From an uncultured candidate division Zixibacteria bacterium (GTDB lineage: Bacteria; Zixibacteria; MSB-5A5; GN15; FEB-12): DNA of 64,000 nt. The stretch covers positions 1,728,001 to 1,792,000 of the forward strand of contig OY760907.1 in assembly GCA_963664195.1 (NCBI GenBank), in the 5' to 3' direction. The notes beneath the pieces were generated by a model, which saw only the letters and a list, made by a program, of their open reading frames with translations, made no database searches and had not been told where the DNA came from. The position numbers were made by a program, and so were the translations under genes. Of the stretch, positions 9,689 through 19,691 are shown in pieces; within the stretch, counting starts at the first letter, position 1, and each line of letters opens with the position of its first letter.

Positions 9689-10926
9689 AGCTCGGCTCCT
9701 CTCAACGCGTCGACCGGGTGAAGCCGGGACATCTTGAACGCCGGATAGACTCCCGAGACAAGTCCGAAAAACAAGCAGATTCCCAGACTGGCGAAGAATA
9801 CGCGGAGGTTCAGTCCAAAATCGCCGTACGGCATGACTCCGCTGCTGGTGATGATCTGCAGCGCTGCCGTGGCGAGTATCAGCCCGATAGCCCCTCCTAT
9901 GAGAGTCAGAATCACGTTTTCCACCACGAACTGCCCGACAAGCGTCAGCGAGGACGCCCCGAAAGCCTTCCGTACGCCGATCTCAGAAGCGCGCTCAACA
10001 ATCCGACTGAGATTGACATTTACCAGATTGACCGTCGGTAGTAACATGAACAAAATGCCCGCAATTGACGCCACTGTGAGAATCACTGCTCCGCCAATCT
10101 CAACGTTGTCATAGCCGATAAACTCCCCCGCTATGAAGTCTGCCTGCGTACCCAGGTGGCACTTGATTTCAGTGAACTCGTCCGGACGCGGACTTTCAAA
10201 CTCCGCGATTGCTTTCGAGAATTCTCTTCGTATAGTCGGGAAGTCTGATTCGTCGTAAGCCATTACAAAGGCGTTGTACCGGCCCGTGAATTCCTGGCGG
10301 CTGAAGTCCTGACGAGAAGTTGATATCGGCACGAAGATATCCGAGTAGGCCAGGAACGTCGGAATGTCTTGCCCCGCAATCACACCCACCACTCGATACT
10401 TGCTCCCGAACGCATCCACCTGCTTTCCCATTGCCGACTCGTTGCCGAACAACTGACGCTGCGCTGTCTCGCTGATCACCGCCACATACTCGACGTTATC
10501 CACTGCCTGCTGATCGAAAGCGCCCCCCTCCAGAAAATCAAACTGGCAGATCTCCCAGAAAGCAGCGTCAGTGTACTTCTGCTGAAGGCTGAGCTTGCCG
10601 CCGGCAAACGGATGCGACAGCGAACTCGGCATAGAATGGATTGAAACCAGCTCCGGTGTCTTCAGCGGCCGAAGATACTTGCTCAGGAAGTAGTAGCTGG
10701 GAAAGTTGGACGAGCCAAATCCGCCGCCGGTCAATTCGACTCTCATCACATACAGAGTGCGATCAAGATTCGAACCCGGTTTCGCCGGCTCAAACAGGTG
10801 ATCGACTAACGCCACCGCCACCATCAGAATCATTAGCGTGAAGCTGATCCCGAACAGCGATATGAACGTGAAGAACTTCCTCCTGAGAAGAACCTTCCAC
10901 GCAATCTTGATATAGTTTCTCAGCAT
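9685..10926 (-). CDS. ABC transporter permease, MacB/FtsX family
   Basis: Start MLRNYIKIAWK after ggag RBS; ERASEIGVRKAFGA; HPVDALR. Confidence 0.9.
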   Translation of the reverse strand: MLRNYIKIAWKVLLRRKFFTFISLFGISFTLMILMVAVALVDHLFEPAKPGSNLDRTLYVMRVELTGGGFGSSNFPSYYFLSKYLRPLKTPELVSIHSMPSSLSHPFAGGKLSLQQKYTDAAFWEICQFDFLEGGAFDQQAVDNVEYVAVISETAQRQLFGNESAMGKQVDAFGSKYRVVGVIAGQDIPTFLAYSDIFVPISTSRQDFSRQEFTGRYNAFVMAYDESDFPTIRREFSKAIAEFESPRPDEFTEIKCHLGTQADFIAGEFIGYDNVEIGGAVILTVASIAGILFMLLPTVNLVNVNLSRIVERASEIGVRKAFGASSLTLVGQFVVENVILTLIGGAIGLILATAALQIITSSGVMPYGDFGLNLRVFFASLGICLFFGLVSGVYPAFKMSRLHPVDALRGAEL

Positions 10927-10936
10927 CGAATACTCC

Positions 10937-11602
10937 TCAATTGACCTGTGCGCCGTCAAAGAATCGAATAATACGCTGAGTCCGGTCGGCCATTTCCTGG
11001 TTGTGCGTCACCATGACAACAGTTGTGCTGTCCTGCTCGTTAAGTCTGGTGAGAATATCCAGAATCTCATTGCTCATGCCTGAATCCAGATTCCCCGTCG
11101 GCTCATCCGCAAGAATCAATTCCGGCTCGCCAACAATCGCACGGGCGATCGCCACCCGCTGGCACTGACCGCCGGACAACTGGTTCGGGTAGTGCTTGGT
11201 ACGGGCGCCCAGCCCCACCTTCTCCAGCGCCGACAAAGCCATGTCTCGTCTCTTGCTGGCAGACATCGAGCGATACAGCAGAGGTAGTTCGACATTATCC
11301 GCGACCGTTAAGTCGTTGATCAGATGAAAACTCTGGAATACAAAACCGATCGTCTTGTTACGCAACCTGGCCAGCTTGCGATCCCCGAGATTGCTCACCG
11401 GGCTGCCGGCTATCTGTATGTCGCCACTGGTCGGGGCATCGAGCAGCCCCATAATATTCAATAGCGTGCTCTTGCCCGATCCCGAAGGCCCCATGATCGA
11501 CAAAAACTCACCTTTCTCCACATGGATGTTTACATCCTTCAATGCGAGCGTTTCTATCGTGTTGGTTCGGTAGACCTTCTCAATGTCCTGTAGCTTTATC
11601 AT
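10937..11602 (-). CDS. ABC transporter ATP-binding protein (MacB/LolD type)
   Basis: [25 protein letters not shown]. Confidence 0.95.
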   Translation of the reverse strand: MIKLQDIEKVYRTNTIETLALKDVNIHVEKGEFLSIMGPSGSGKSTLLNIMGLLDAPTSGDIQIAGSPVSNLGDRKLARLRNKTIGFVFQSFHLINDLTVADNVELPLLYRSMSASKRRDMALSALEKVGLGARTKHYPNQLSGGQCQRVAIARAIVGEPELILADEPTGNLDSGMSNEILDILTRLNEQDSTTVVMVTHNQEMADRTQRIIRFFDGAQVN

Positions 11603-11639
11603 GTTTTCGTGTACCTCTATCTGTCATTGCATTGTTCTG

Positions 11640-12890
11640 CTAATCTGTTGAGACCGCCACCTCGTCGAGATGACGGTATTCGCTCATGTCGGATATGATG
11701 ACGGTGTCGCCGGGTGTGATGTCCCCGCGAAGCTCCACGAAATCATGATTGGAGGCTCCGATGTCGACCGTCTTGCAGTAAGCACGCCCATCGCGCAGGA
11801 CGAAAACTCTCTGGTCGTTCTTGCCGTTGAAAAACGGGCCATTTTCTACACGGGTTACTTCGCCTGAGAACGCAGTTATCACGAATACGTCCACACGAAG
11901 ATTCGAACGGAGCAACTTGTTGCTCTTCTCGTCGAGTTCCACAACGAATGTCATGATGCCGTTCTGTACCGCTGGCTGGATATTGCTAATGTGTCCCGGC
12001 AGATCGTCTTCATTCACGCGGACAGTGATCGGTCCTCCGACTCGCAGTTTGTCTGCATGGACGTCCGAGATGGTGGCCTCCACGCGGAAGCTGCCGAGAT
12101 CGGCCACGCGGGCGACGATGTCACCGGGCCGGACAGCGGCGCCGATATCCTCGTTGATCCAGGTGATGACGCCCCCACGGTCTGCTGTGGCATCGGCCAG
12201 TCCCAGATTGCGCTCGATTTCGCGAATCCTGTTCTGCTGAATCCGGATCTGAATATCTAACTCACGCAGGTCTGCCTCGAGCGATTCCTGTTGGTTGGAC
12301 ATCTGTGTTGCCACTTGCTCCAGCTCGCGCTGAGCAATCTGGTAGTTCAACTCAGCCTGATCGTATTGCTCTTTGGTTGCCCCGCCGATTTCATACAGAT
12401 GAGCCACGCGTTCAAACTGTGAACCGACGAACTGTGTCTGCATCTCCTTGATGTCATACCGGGCCTGAATATCTATCTCCTGACGTTTTAGCTGGTTGGT
12501 AAACTGCTCCTTCTTGTTGTTCTGCAATTCAAGCTCATCTGTCAGTTGTCTAAGATTCGTCTGGATGGCTTCTTTGTCCAAGCGCAGGATAGACTCGCCT
12601 GCCTTGACCGGATCACCGGATTTCAGCAGCACCGCCTTGATCTCCGACTGCACCGGGGATGTGATTACCTGCTCGTATTCCGGCATAACCGTACCGGTGG
12701 CCGTCACCGATGCTTCTATCGGTCCCACCTCGGCCACCGCGACGCGTAGGCGCTGTCTATCCACGCTCGGGCTGATGACCGCTGTCAGAACGTACACCGC
12801 GGCGATCACCAACACCAACGCACCGCCGATTCGGATCAGTCTTTTCGCGCGTTTTTGTTTTATTTTTCCCGCTGGTATCTCTCTGTCCAT
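11640..12890 (-). CDS. Efflux periplasmic adaptor (HlyD/MacA family)
   Basis: N-terminal TM, lipoyl halves, long coiled coil; first gene of the exporter operon. Confidence 0.9.
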   Translation of the reverse strand: MDREIPAGKIKQKRAKRLIRIGGALVLVIAAVYVLTAVISPSVDRQRLRVAVAEVGPIEASVTATGTVMPEYEQVITSPVQSEIKAVLLKSGDPVKAGESILRLDKEAIQTNLRQLTDELELQNNKKEQFTNQLKRQEIDIQARYDIKEMQTQFVGSQFERVAHLYEIGGATKEQYDQAELNYQIAQRELEQVATQMSNQQESLEADLRELDIQIRIQQNRIREIERNLGLADATADRGGVITWINEDIGAAVRPGDIVARVADLGSFRVEATISDVHADKLRVGGPITVRVNEDDLPGHISNIQPAVQNGIMTFVVELDEKSNKLLRSNLRVDVFVITAFSGEVTRVENGPFFNGKNDQRVFVLRDGRAYCKTVDIGASNHDFVELRGDITPGDTVIISDMSEYRHLDEVAVSTD

Positions 12891-12933
12891 TTCAGCACGA
12901 TCCTGACTATCGTCGTTGTCTGAATACGGCTAT

Positions 12934-12950
12934 ATCAACTTGCGTGCCGA
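12934..12950 (-). promoter_or_regulatory. Candidate sigma54 (-24/-12) promoter
   Basis: Minus strand TCGGCACGCAAGTTGAT vs consensus TGGCACG-N4-TTGC; correct spacing, C->A at -12. Confidence 0.6.
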
Positions 12951-13003
12951 AACGGAAGCTGCTGCGGGTAGATGACTTAGCTGTTGAATCTGACGCGATC
13001 AGA

Positions 13004-13037
13004 GTCCACTCACGGACAGTGTGTCCGGAATTGGACA
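13004..13037. promoter_or_regulatory. Tandem palindromic upstream activator sequences
   Basis: GTCC-actcac-GGAC and TGTCC-ggaatt-GGACA, 54-87 bp upstream of the -24 element. Confidence 0.6.
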
Positions 13038-13064
13038 GTAGCAGGCGGAGAGAGAATGGCACAC

Positions 13065-13094
13065 AAGAAACCCGGTCGACCAAAGCCGACCGGG
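13065..13094 (-). terminator. Intrinsic terminator of the giant surface-protein gene
   Basis: cccggtcg-N8-cgaccggg stem followed on the minus strand by TTTCTT. Confidence 0.65.
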
Positions 13095-13123
13095 CATCTA
13101 TTACGATCTGTGCTGTCCTGAAA

Positions 13124-13166
13124 GTATGTCGAAACTAACGCAATTGTGTTGCCCTGTAGTCTCGAT
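13124..13166 (+). repeat. REP-like element (GTCGAAAC family, degenerate)
   Basis: gtatgtcgaaactaacgcaattgtgttgccctgtagtctcgat, similar to 57978-58020. Confidence 0.6.
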
Positions 13167-13173
13167 AAACGGC

Positions 13174-16100
13174 CTATTTCAGGAGTACCATCTTCTTAGT
13201 CACCACAAACTCACCGGCTTGCATGCGATAGAAGTAGATACCCGAAGCTACCTGCCTGCCGTTGGAGTCCGTACCCTCCCAGAAGACAGAATGCCTGCCA
13301 GCCGGGCGCTCATCATCCACCAGTCGGTCAATCTCCTGACCGAGAACGTTGTACACTGCTACCACGATATGGGAACTCCGCGGTACGGAATACTCAATCA
13401 GGGTCGCAGGGTTGAACGGATTCGGATAGTTCTGGTGAAGGGCGAAACTCTGCGGAAGCAGGTCATCATCTTCACCAACGCTCATGGCAGGAGTCACCGT
13501 GACAAAGACACTGTCGCGCCCAATCGCCGTATCAGGATCGGTGACAACCAACCTGAGAACTGCCAGACCGGACCAGCCCGCTTCGGCCGAGATGGTAACG
13601 ATGCCGGTCGACGATTCGTAGCTTTGCAGCAGCGAATCGTTGCTGGTGCTGAAGGCATAATACAGCAGTGTGTCATTATAGCTGTCAGTGACAAGACTCC
13701 AAACATCGAGCGTGATTGAAGTATCGGCATCAAACGTCAGACTGTCCGGCAGATTGACTTCCGGCGGCGTCTTCGGGGCACGCGTGACGACAACGGTCAC
13801 GGTGTCATAACCGAACAGGCCTTCCGGATCCTGCGCCGACGCGTACATGTAGGCGGTGCCGTGATAACCGACCTCGGCCGTGAAAGTCAGGACGCCGGTC
13901 GACGGCTCGAATTCCACGAGCAACGAGTCATTGCTCTCGCTGCCATCCAAAATCAGCAGGGAGTCAGGACTCTCAGCGTCGGCGATGTAATCCCAGACGA
14001 CCAGGGTCACGGCGGAATCAGCACGGAACGTGATTGTATCCGGCAGAGAGAAAACAGGTGCCGTATTCGGCAGCGGCTGGACTATTACCAGTATGGAGTC
14101 TATGCCCTGGAGGCTGCCCGGATCGGTCGCAGTCACGTGGAGGTATGACTCTCCGGACCAGACACTGTCGCTGAATATCGTTAGCTCCCCGGTGACCGAG
14201 AAATAGGAGCAACCCAATTCCAAACTGTCTCGAGAGAAGCTATAGGTCAACGCGTTATCTGCCGACTCGTCGTCGACGACATAATCCCAGAGCGTCATCA
14301 CGTGCGTGGAGTCAGTGCGGAAAATCACCGTATCCGGCAGCGTTACTACCGGCGCCGTGTTTGGCAGAGCAGTGACGACCACCTGGACCGTATCGTATCC
14401 CATCAATCCTTCCGGATCTTCAACTGACACGTACACCGAAGCGTTTCCGTTCCAATCATCTGTGGCCTCAAGTCTCAGTTCGCCGGTTGAGTCGACGTAA
14501 GTGGCCAGCAGACTGTCCTGGTTGTCGGTGATGTCGTATATCAGCAGCGTGTCGTGAGTCTGTGTATCGGTTGTACCTCCCCACAGATCAACATACCGTA
14601 CGCCACCATAATTGAACGTGACGGTATCGACAAGATCAACTACCGGTGCTGTATTCGGCATCGGAGTTACGACGGCGATTATCGTATCGACGTCCGAAGC
14701 GGCCTGCGGGTCGGTGACGGTTACTATCACCATCGCCGTACCAGAAAATCCATCGGTCGCCGAGAGCGTGAAGACGCCCGTGGCCGGCGTGAAGTCGGTC
14801 ACTACCGAGTCGTTACTCGAGGTTGCGTCATACGTCAACAGCGAGTCGTGTGTCTCCGCGTCAGCGACGTAATCCCAGGCAGTGATGCTCCACGTAGAGT
14901 CGGTACGGAAAGTCGCCGTATCGGCCAATCCGGAAATCACCGGCGGTGTATTCGGAATCGGCGTCACTACTGCAATCACCGTGTCAACGTCGGAGGCGGC
15001 CTCAGGATCGGTCACGGTCACGATGAGCATGGCGGTGCCGGAGAACTCATCGGTTGCGTAGATTGTCCAGACCCCGGTCGAGTCCTCGTACTCAGTGACT
15101 ACCGAGTCGTTACTCGAGGTCGCGTCATACGTCAACAGCGTGTCGTGAGTCTCAGCGTCAGCCACGAAGTCCCACACCGTGATGCTCACCGTAGAGTCGG
15201 TGCGGAAAGTGACCGTATCGGCCAATCCGGAAATCACCGGCGGAGTATTCGGAATCGCCGTAACGACAGCGATAATCGTGTCAACGTCCGAAGCCGCTTC
15301 AGGATCGGTGACAGTCACAATGACCATGGCCGTGCCAGTGAAATCATCCGTCGCCGATATCGTGAACACGCCCGTTGCCGGCGTGAAGCCGGTCACTACC
15401 GAGTCGTTACTCGAGGTCGCGTCATACGTCAACAGCGTGTCGTGAGTCTCAGCGTCAGCCACGAAATCCCACACCGTGATGCTCACCAAAGAATCGGTGC
15501 GGAAAGTGACCGTATCGGCCAATCCGGAGATCACCGGCGGAGTATTCGGAATCGCCGTAACGACAGCGATAATCGTGTCGACGTCCGAGGCCGCTTCAGG
15601 ATCGGTGACAGTCACAATGACCATGGCCGTGCCCGTAAAGTCATCTGTTGCAGATATCGTGAACACGCCCGTTGCCGGCGTGAAGCCGGTCACCACCGAG
15701 TCGTTACTCGAGGTTGCGTCATACGTCAACAGCGTGTCGTGCGTCTCGGCGTCAGCCACGAAGTCCCACACCGTGATGCTCACCGTAGAGTCGGTGCGGA
15801 AAGTGACCGTATCGGCCAATCCGGAAATCACCGGTGGCGTGTTCGGCACTGCCGTTACAACAACTGTTACCGTGTCAACTCCTTCGCCGCCGTCAGGATC
15901 GGTGACGCTCGCGTACAGCATAGCCGTGCCGACGAAGTCATTGGTGGTCGACAGCGCCAACGTGCCGGTGGCATCATAGAAGGTGGTTACCAGCGAATCA
16001 TTGCTGGTGGTAAAGGCATACGTCAGGAGCGTGTCGTGGCTTTCAGCGTCCGCGACTACTGCCCACATGCCGTAGCCGAATGTTACGTCGGTACGGAAGG

Positions 16101-19100
16101 TCAACGTATCCGGCATACTAACGACAGGTGCCGCGTTGGCCGCGAGCACCGTGACAACGGTTGTATCCGAAGACGACGCGCCGTGCTCATCCGTTACCGT
16201 CATGCCGAGAGTGACATCTCCGGCGAAACCTGCATCGGCCGTCAGTTCAAGGAAGCCGGCTGCATTCAGGTTGTAGTTCAACGAATCATTGCTGACCGTA
16301 AACACATACGTGTGATTCGAGTCACTGGTGTGGTCATCGGAAACGTAGTTCCAAATGCCCAGTAGGCCAGTCGAATCAGCATTGAATGAATACGTCGCCG
16401 GCATTCCGGTTATTACTGGCGCTGTGTTGTCAAGCGCGTCAGTGACGATCCAGAGTCCATCAGATACGAAGTTGGTATCAAACGTGTAGCCATTCTGGGA
16501 CAGCCCCAGCACGGCGTCGAAATTGCCGCTGCGAGTGGTGTAAGTCAACACCTTGAAGCTGTCGCCGACCGACGGATAGAAGTCGTCAATCAACGTCAGA
16601 TTGAGCACGCCGCCGAGTCCGGCTGTCTGAGTGCAATAGACCTGATCGTGTTCGGTAACTGCTGTCAGTCCGCCTATCTCTATATTTATCTGAGCGTTTA
16701 TGCTGCTCATCGGGAACGTATTCGCCTGGAAGTTCAGCTTGCCCGGAGAAGAACCTGGATTGACGTAGCCGTTATTCGTAAATGTTGTAGCGTACGTGTT
16801 CAGCGAACCGTTACCCGAGATGATGCCCGTCATTCCGTTGATAAAATCGCCCTGATCAACCGTCAACGTCATCAGGTTGTCGAAATCTATCGTACCTGCG
16901 TTGGTGAACGAACCGGTTGTGCCGGTCAGGTTGAAATCCATTGCGGCGGCATCAAGTGAGATTGTGCCGAAGTTCGAGTGGTCCGCACTGGCTTTCTCAA
17001 GAACCAACTTGATATTGTTGTTCGCTATCGTTCCCTGGTTACTGATCTCAGCGTATAGATACCGTTCACCACCGGTCGAGCTTCCACCATCGGCCAGAAT
17101 CGTTCCGGTCGACGCATTCGACAGCGTTCCGGAGCCGACACTGAGCGTCGCCGTGGTTGTACCGTTAGCCTGGTCACTGGTGAGCGAGATGTGACCGGAG
17201 TTGGTGAACGTGCTTGCGACATTCATTTCTGCGGATCCATTCGCGTTGCCTAACACAATCACCGTGTCATTCAGACCGTTGCTGAAACTACCGGTGAAGT
17301 TGTTGATCCGCGTGACCGTGAGCATGCCGTCATTGGTAAGATCACAGCCCACATCACTGAGATACGAAGTCATCCGGGACTCGTTGACAATTGTCCCTGC
17401 GCCCGTGATGTCCGCATTATTCAGCACCAGCGAGTCAGTGTTTGTCAGCGTGCCGCTGTTGACCACGTTGGCGCTGGTAAGATTCATTGTCGCATCATTG
17501 GTGCAACTTCCCGTCACGTACACCGAGTCACTGACGAGTGACATGATGCCGTCACCGGCACAGGTACCGCCTGACAGTTTGAGCGGGCCGCCTGACTGTT
17601 CGTACATGGCGGAAGCCGCTATATTGATGGTTCCGGAGTTCGTCAGTTCATTCTGTACCAGCAGGTTGCCCGCGTTTACGTTGATTGTGCCACTGTTGAT
17701 ATGAACGACGCCTGACTCGACCAGCGTAGGGGAGCCGGCCTCAGCATTCAACGTGCCGTGGTTGTGCAGCCTGGCGCCGATGCTCCGGGAACCGGTCGTG
17801 CCGCCTGCGCCGGCAAGGATGTCAATCGTACCATCGGATGCGTTGATCAGCGTGTCGGTCGTTGTAATCAAGTTGAACGTGGCACCGTTTTGTGCTTCCT
17901 GCGTAAGCTCGATGGTCCCGTGGTTGGTCATCGTGCTGTAGAAGTTGATCTGGCAGGCATTCAACGTCGTGCCTTCCGCTATGACCTTGGAGCCGACTCC
18001 ACTCGTGAAGCCGCTGCGCACGTTGCCGCTGATCTGTGCTTTCACTACGCCGTCGTTGACCAGGTCGGAGTAAACCGAACCGTTGGCGAACAGCAGTGAG
18101 TCATTGTTTACGAATACGGAGTTGTGAATGCTGCCGCCCGTCAGAGTGACCGTTCCGTCGTTGAACAACGTGTCTGTCAGCGACAGATAGCTCATACCGA
18201 GCGTCATGCGCCCGTTGTTGGTCCATTTCGGCGTGATGTAAATAGTGTCACATTGCATCGATATCGTGCCGTTGTTTGCTACCGTTCCAGAGCTGAAGGT
18301 GCAAATTTCGGTGCCGCATCCAAACGACGCCCCTTCATCCACCGTGATCGTGCCGGTGTTGGTGAAGGTCGATGGGTTCGTAGCGCCCGAGACGGTGACG
18401 CCGCCGCCCTGTCCATACAGTGTGCCCGTATTGGAGTGGTCAGCGTCATCGTGCCACATGCGAATGGCAGTGCTCAGACCGGTAATCGTTCCCTGGTTTA
18501 TCATCTCGGCATTGATGTATCGAATCGAGGCCGTGTTGAAGCTCGCTCCGAGGAGCGCGTTGATGTTACCGGTGGGTTCGTTTTCAAGTGAACCGTCGGT
18601 TACGGTAATCTGAGAGGTCGTCGTGGTCGGCGGCCAATCGCTGGTCAACTCAATCGTTCCGCGATTGACGAAGCCGGAGTCAACCGTAAGATAGCACGTT
18701 CCACTGCTCGTGCCCGTAAGGGTCATCGTGCCGGTCGTATCGTTCAGGAACTCACCGGTGAAAGAACAGGTGCGCTGCAACTCGACCGTGCGGAAGTTGT
18801 TGATATTGTGTTGGATCGCACCGTTGGTCAACCGAACCGTTCCGTCGTTCATTAGAACATGACCGCTTGAGGTCAAGAGGTCGCCAGAGATAAGGTCCAA
18901 CACACCGTTTTCGCCGTTTGAAATCGTCCCATTGACCGTAAGATCGTAACTGGAACCAGTCAGCGTCTGTGTACCGGTTGCCGCCCCAAGCACCAGTGCC
19001 GTCAATGTCACGTTCTGGTCCATGGTTATGGTGTAGGTGCCGTCAAGATTGATGTAAGCAATGTCCCCTGATCCGGGAACCGTGCCGGTGCTCCACTTGG

Positions 19101-19236
19101 TCCCGTCACTCCAGTTACCGTCAACAGAGTCGGCCCACTGAATATTGGCGCCAAACACGGAGCTTGCGGGGAGTGTCATAGTCAGCAAGACGAGTAGTGT
19201 AGAAGTAATTTTAGTCAGTGATTTATAGAAATACAT
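13174..19236 (-). CDS. Large secreted surface protein: beta-helix-like N-terminus, 10 tandem cadherin/Ig-like repeats, C-terminal FlgD-Ig/secretion domain
   Basis: Start MYFYKS after aaggaggg; signal peptide; N-x-G-T repeats; 10 units starting N(T/A)(P/A)PV or KTPPEV; C-terminal LHQNYPNPFNP..SGIYFYR..KKMVLLK. Confidence 0.85.
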   Translation of the reverse strand: MYFYKSLTKITSTLLVLLTMTLPASSVFGANIQWADSVDGNWSDGTKWSTGTVPGSGDIAYINLDGTYTITMDQNVTLTALVLGAATGTQTLTGSSYDLTVNGTISNGENGVLDLISGDLLTSSGHVLMNDGTVRLTNGAIQHNINNFRTVELQRTCSFTGEFLNDTTGTMTLTGTSSGTCYLTVDSGFVNRGTIELTSDWPPTTTTSQITVTDGSLENEPTGNINALLGASFNTASIRYINAEMINQGTITGLSTAIRMWHDDADHSNTGTLYGQGGGVTVSGATNPSTFTNTGTITVDEGASFGCGTEICTFSSGTVANNGTISMQCDTIYITPKWTNNGRMTLGMSYLSLTDTLFNDGTVTLTGGSIHNSVFVNNDSLLFANGSVYSDLVNDGVVKAQISGNVRSGFTSGVGSKVIAEGTTLNACQINFYSTMTNHGTIELTQEAQNGATFNLITTTDTLINASDGTIDILAGAGGTTGSRSIGARLHNHGTLNAEAGSPTLVESGVVHINSGTINVNAGNLLVQNELTNSGTINIAASAMYEQSGGPLKLSGGTCAGDGIMSLVSDSVYVTGSCTNDATMNLTSANVVNSGTLTNTDSLVLNNADITGAGTIVNESRMTSYLSDVGCDLTNDGMLTVTRINNFTGSFSNGLNDTVIVLGNANGSAEMNVASTFTNSGHISLTSDQANGTTTATLSVGSGTLSNASTGTILADGGSSTGGERYLYAEISNQGTIANNNIKLVLEKASADHSNFGTISLDAAAMDFNLTGTTGSFTNAGTIDFDNLMTLTVDQGDFINGMTGIISGNGSLNTYATTFTNNGYVNPGSSPGKLNFQANTFPMSSINAQINIEIGGLTAVTEHDQVYCTQTAGLGGVLNLTLIDDFYPSVGDSFKVLTYTTRSGNFDAVLGLSQNGYTFDTNFVSDGLWIVTDALDNTAPVITGMPATYSFNADSTGLLGIWNYVSDDHTSDSNHTYVFTVSNDSLNYNLNAAGFLELTADAGFAGDVTLGMTVTDEHGASSSDTTVVTVLAANAAPVVSMPDTLTFRTDVTFGYGMWAVVADAESHDTLLTYAFTTSNDSLVTTFYDATGTLALSTTNDFVGTAMLYASVTDPDGGEGVDTVTVVVTAVPNTPPVISGLADTVTFRTDSTVSITVWDFVADAETHDTLLTYDATSSNDSVVTGFTPATGVFTISATDDFTGTAMVIVTVTDPEAASDVDTIIAVVTAIPNTPPVISGLADTVTFRTDSLVSITVWDFVADAETHDTLLTYDATSSNDSVVTGFTPATGVFTISATDDFTGTAMVIVTVTDPEAASDVDTIIAVVTAIPNTPPVISGLADTVTFRTDSTVSITVWDFVADAETHDTLLTYDATSSNDSVVTEYEDSTGVWTIYATDEFSGTAMLIVTVTDPEAASDVDTVIAVVTPIPNTPPVISGLADTATFRTDSTWSITAWDYVADAETHDSLLTYDATSSNDSVVTDFTPATGVFTLSATDGFSGTAMVIVTVTDPQAASDVDTIIAVVTPMPNTAPVVDLVDTVTFNYGGVRYVDLWGGTTDTQTHDTLLIYDITDNQDSLLATYVDSTGELRLEATDDWNGNASVYVSVEDPEGLMGYDTVQVVVTALPNTAPVVTLPDTVIFRTDSTHVMTLWDYVVDDESADNALTYSFSRDSLELGCSYFSVTGELTIFSDSVWSGESYLHVTATDPGSLQGIDSILVIVQPLPNTAPVFSLPDTITFRADSAVTLVVWDYIADAESPDSLLILDGSESNDSLLVEFEPSTGVLTFTAEVGYHGTAYMYASAQDPEGLFGYDTVTVVVTRAPKTPPEVNLPDSLTFDADTSITLDVWSLVTDSYNDTLLYYAFSTSNDSLLQSYESSTGIVTISAEAGWSGLAVLRLVVTDPDTAIGRDSVFVTVTPAMSVGEDDDLLPQSFALHQNYPNPFNPATLIEYSVPRSSHIVVAVYNVLGQEIDRLVDDERPAGRHSVFWEGTDSNGRQVASGIYFYRMQAGEFVVTKKMVLLK
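14655..15845 (-). repeat. Four near-identical 297-bp intragenic tandem repeats
   Basis: gtatcggccaatccgga recurs at 14918, 15215, 15512 and 15809 (period 297). Confidence 0.9.
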
Positions 19237-19505
19237 CTGACCCTCCTTTTCTGATATCTGCATGTTTACTGTACTACATGATTCTTCATATCGACAAGCC
19301 ACACAAATACTTGACACGCAAGGACACAATCAGGACAAGCGCGGTATTATTCCCCAACAGTATCGGCCAATCCCCACACTCGTGTCTTTCGTTGATACGA
19401 GCCGATTCTCTGCTATCTGACAGAAAAATCTTGACAAAATCAGAATCACAACTTTTTTGAGTACAATCGGGCCAAGACGGAACGCATATTGTAGAAATTG
19501 ACGAA

Positions 19506-19649
19506 ATGCAAGCAACGACCTGTAACATGACAGATACTGTCACGCGCGCTCTGACTGACGGACGGACGTCCGACAGCATGCGGATGTATATGTCTATGGG
19601 TATGCCTGTTTCCATATTTGTGTGGAAAGGACGGTTGCCGATTACGTAG
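19506..19649 (+). CDS. Putative Met-rich leader peptide (47 aa) of the metH-metF operon
   Basis: MQATTCNMTDTVTRALTDGRTSDSMRMYMSMGMPVSIFVWKGRLPIT*; five ATG codons at alternating positions 19578-19604; start codon uncertain (19506/19527/19578), RBS weak. Confidence 0.7.
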   Translation: MQATTCNMTDTVTRALTDGRTSDSMRMYMSMGMPVSIFVWKGRLPIT

Positions 19650-19691
19650 GAGCGCGCAGCGAAAACGTGACGATTACCGGGAGCCTTTCGA
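19605..19691 (+). promoter_or_regulatory. Alternative anti-antiterminator / antiterminator pairings of the attenuator
   Basis: cctgtttcca (19605-14) pairs with tggaaagg (19623-30); gaaagg..cggt can instead pair with accg..cctttc (19676-89), the terminator's 5' arm. Confidence 0.65.

Noticed and set aside
14554..16365. 603-aa plus-strand ORF
   Set aside because: Antisense shadow of the repetitive surface-protein gene; Arg/His-rich with no recognisable motif.
19237..19329. Upstream extensions of ORF-track starts (also 26755-26862, 30938-31015, 34646-34804, 47345-47497)
   Set aside because: Downstream starts give a proper N-terminal signal peptide, and several also have a clear RBS.
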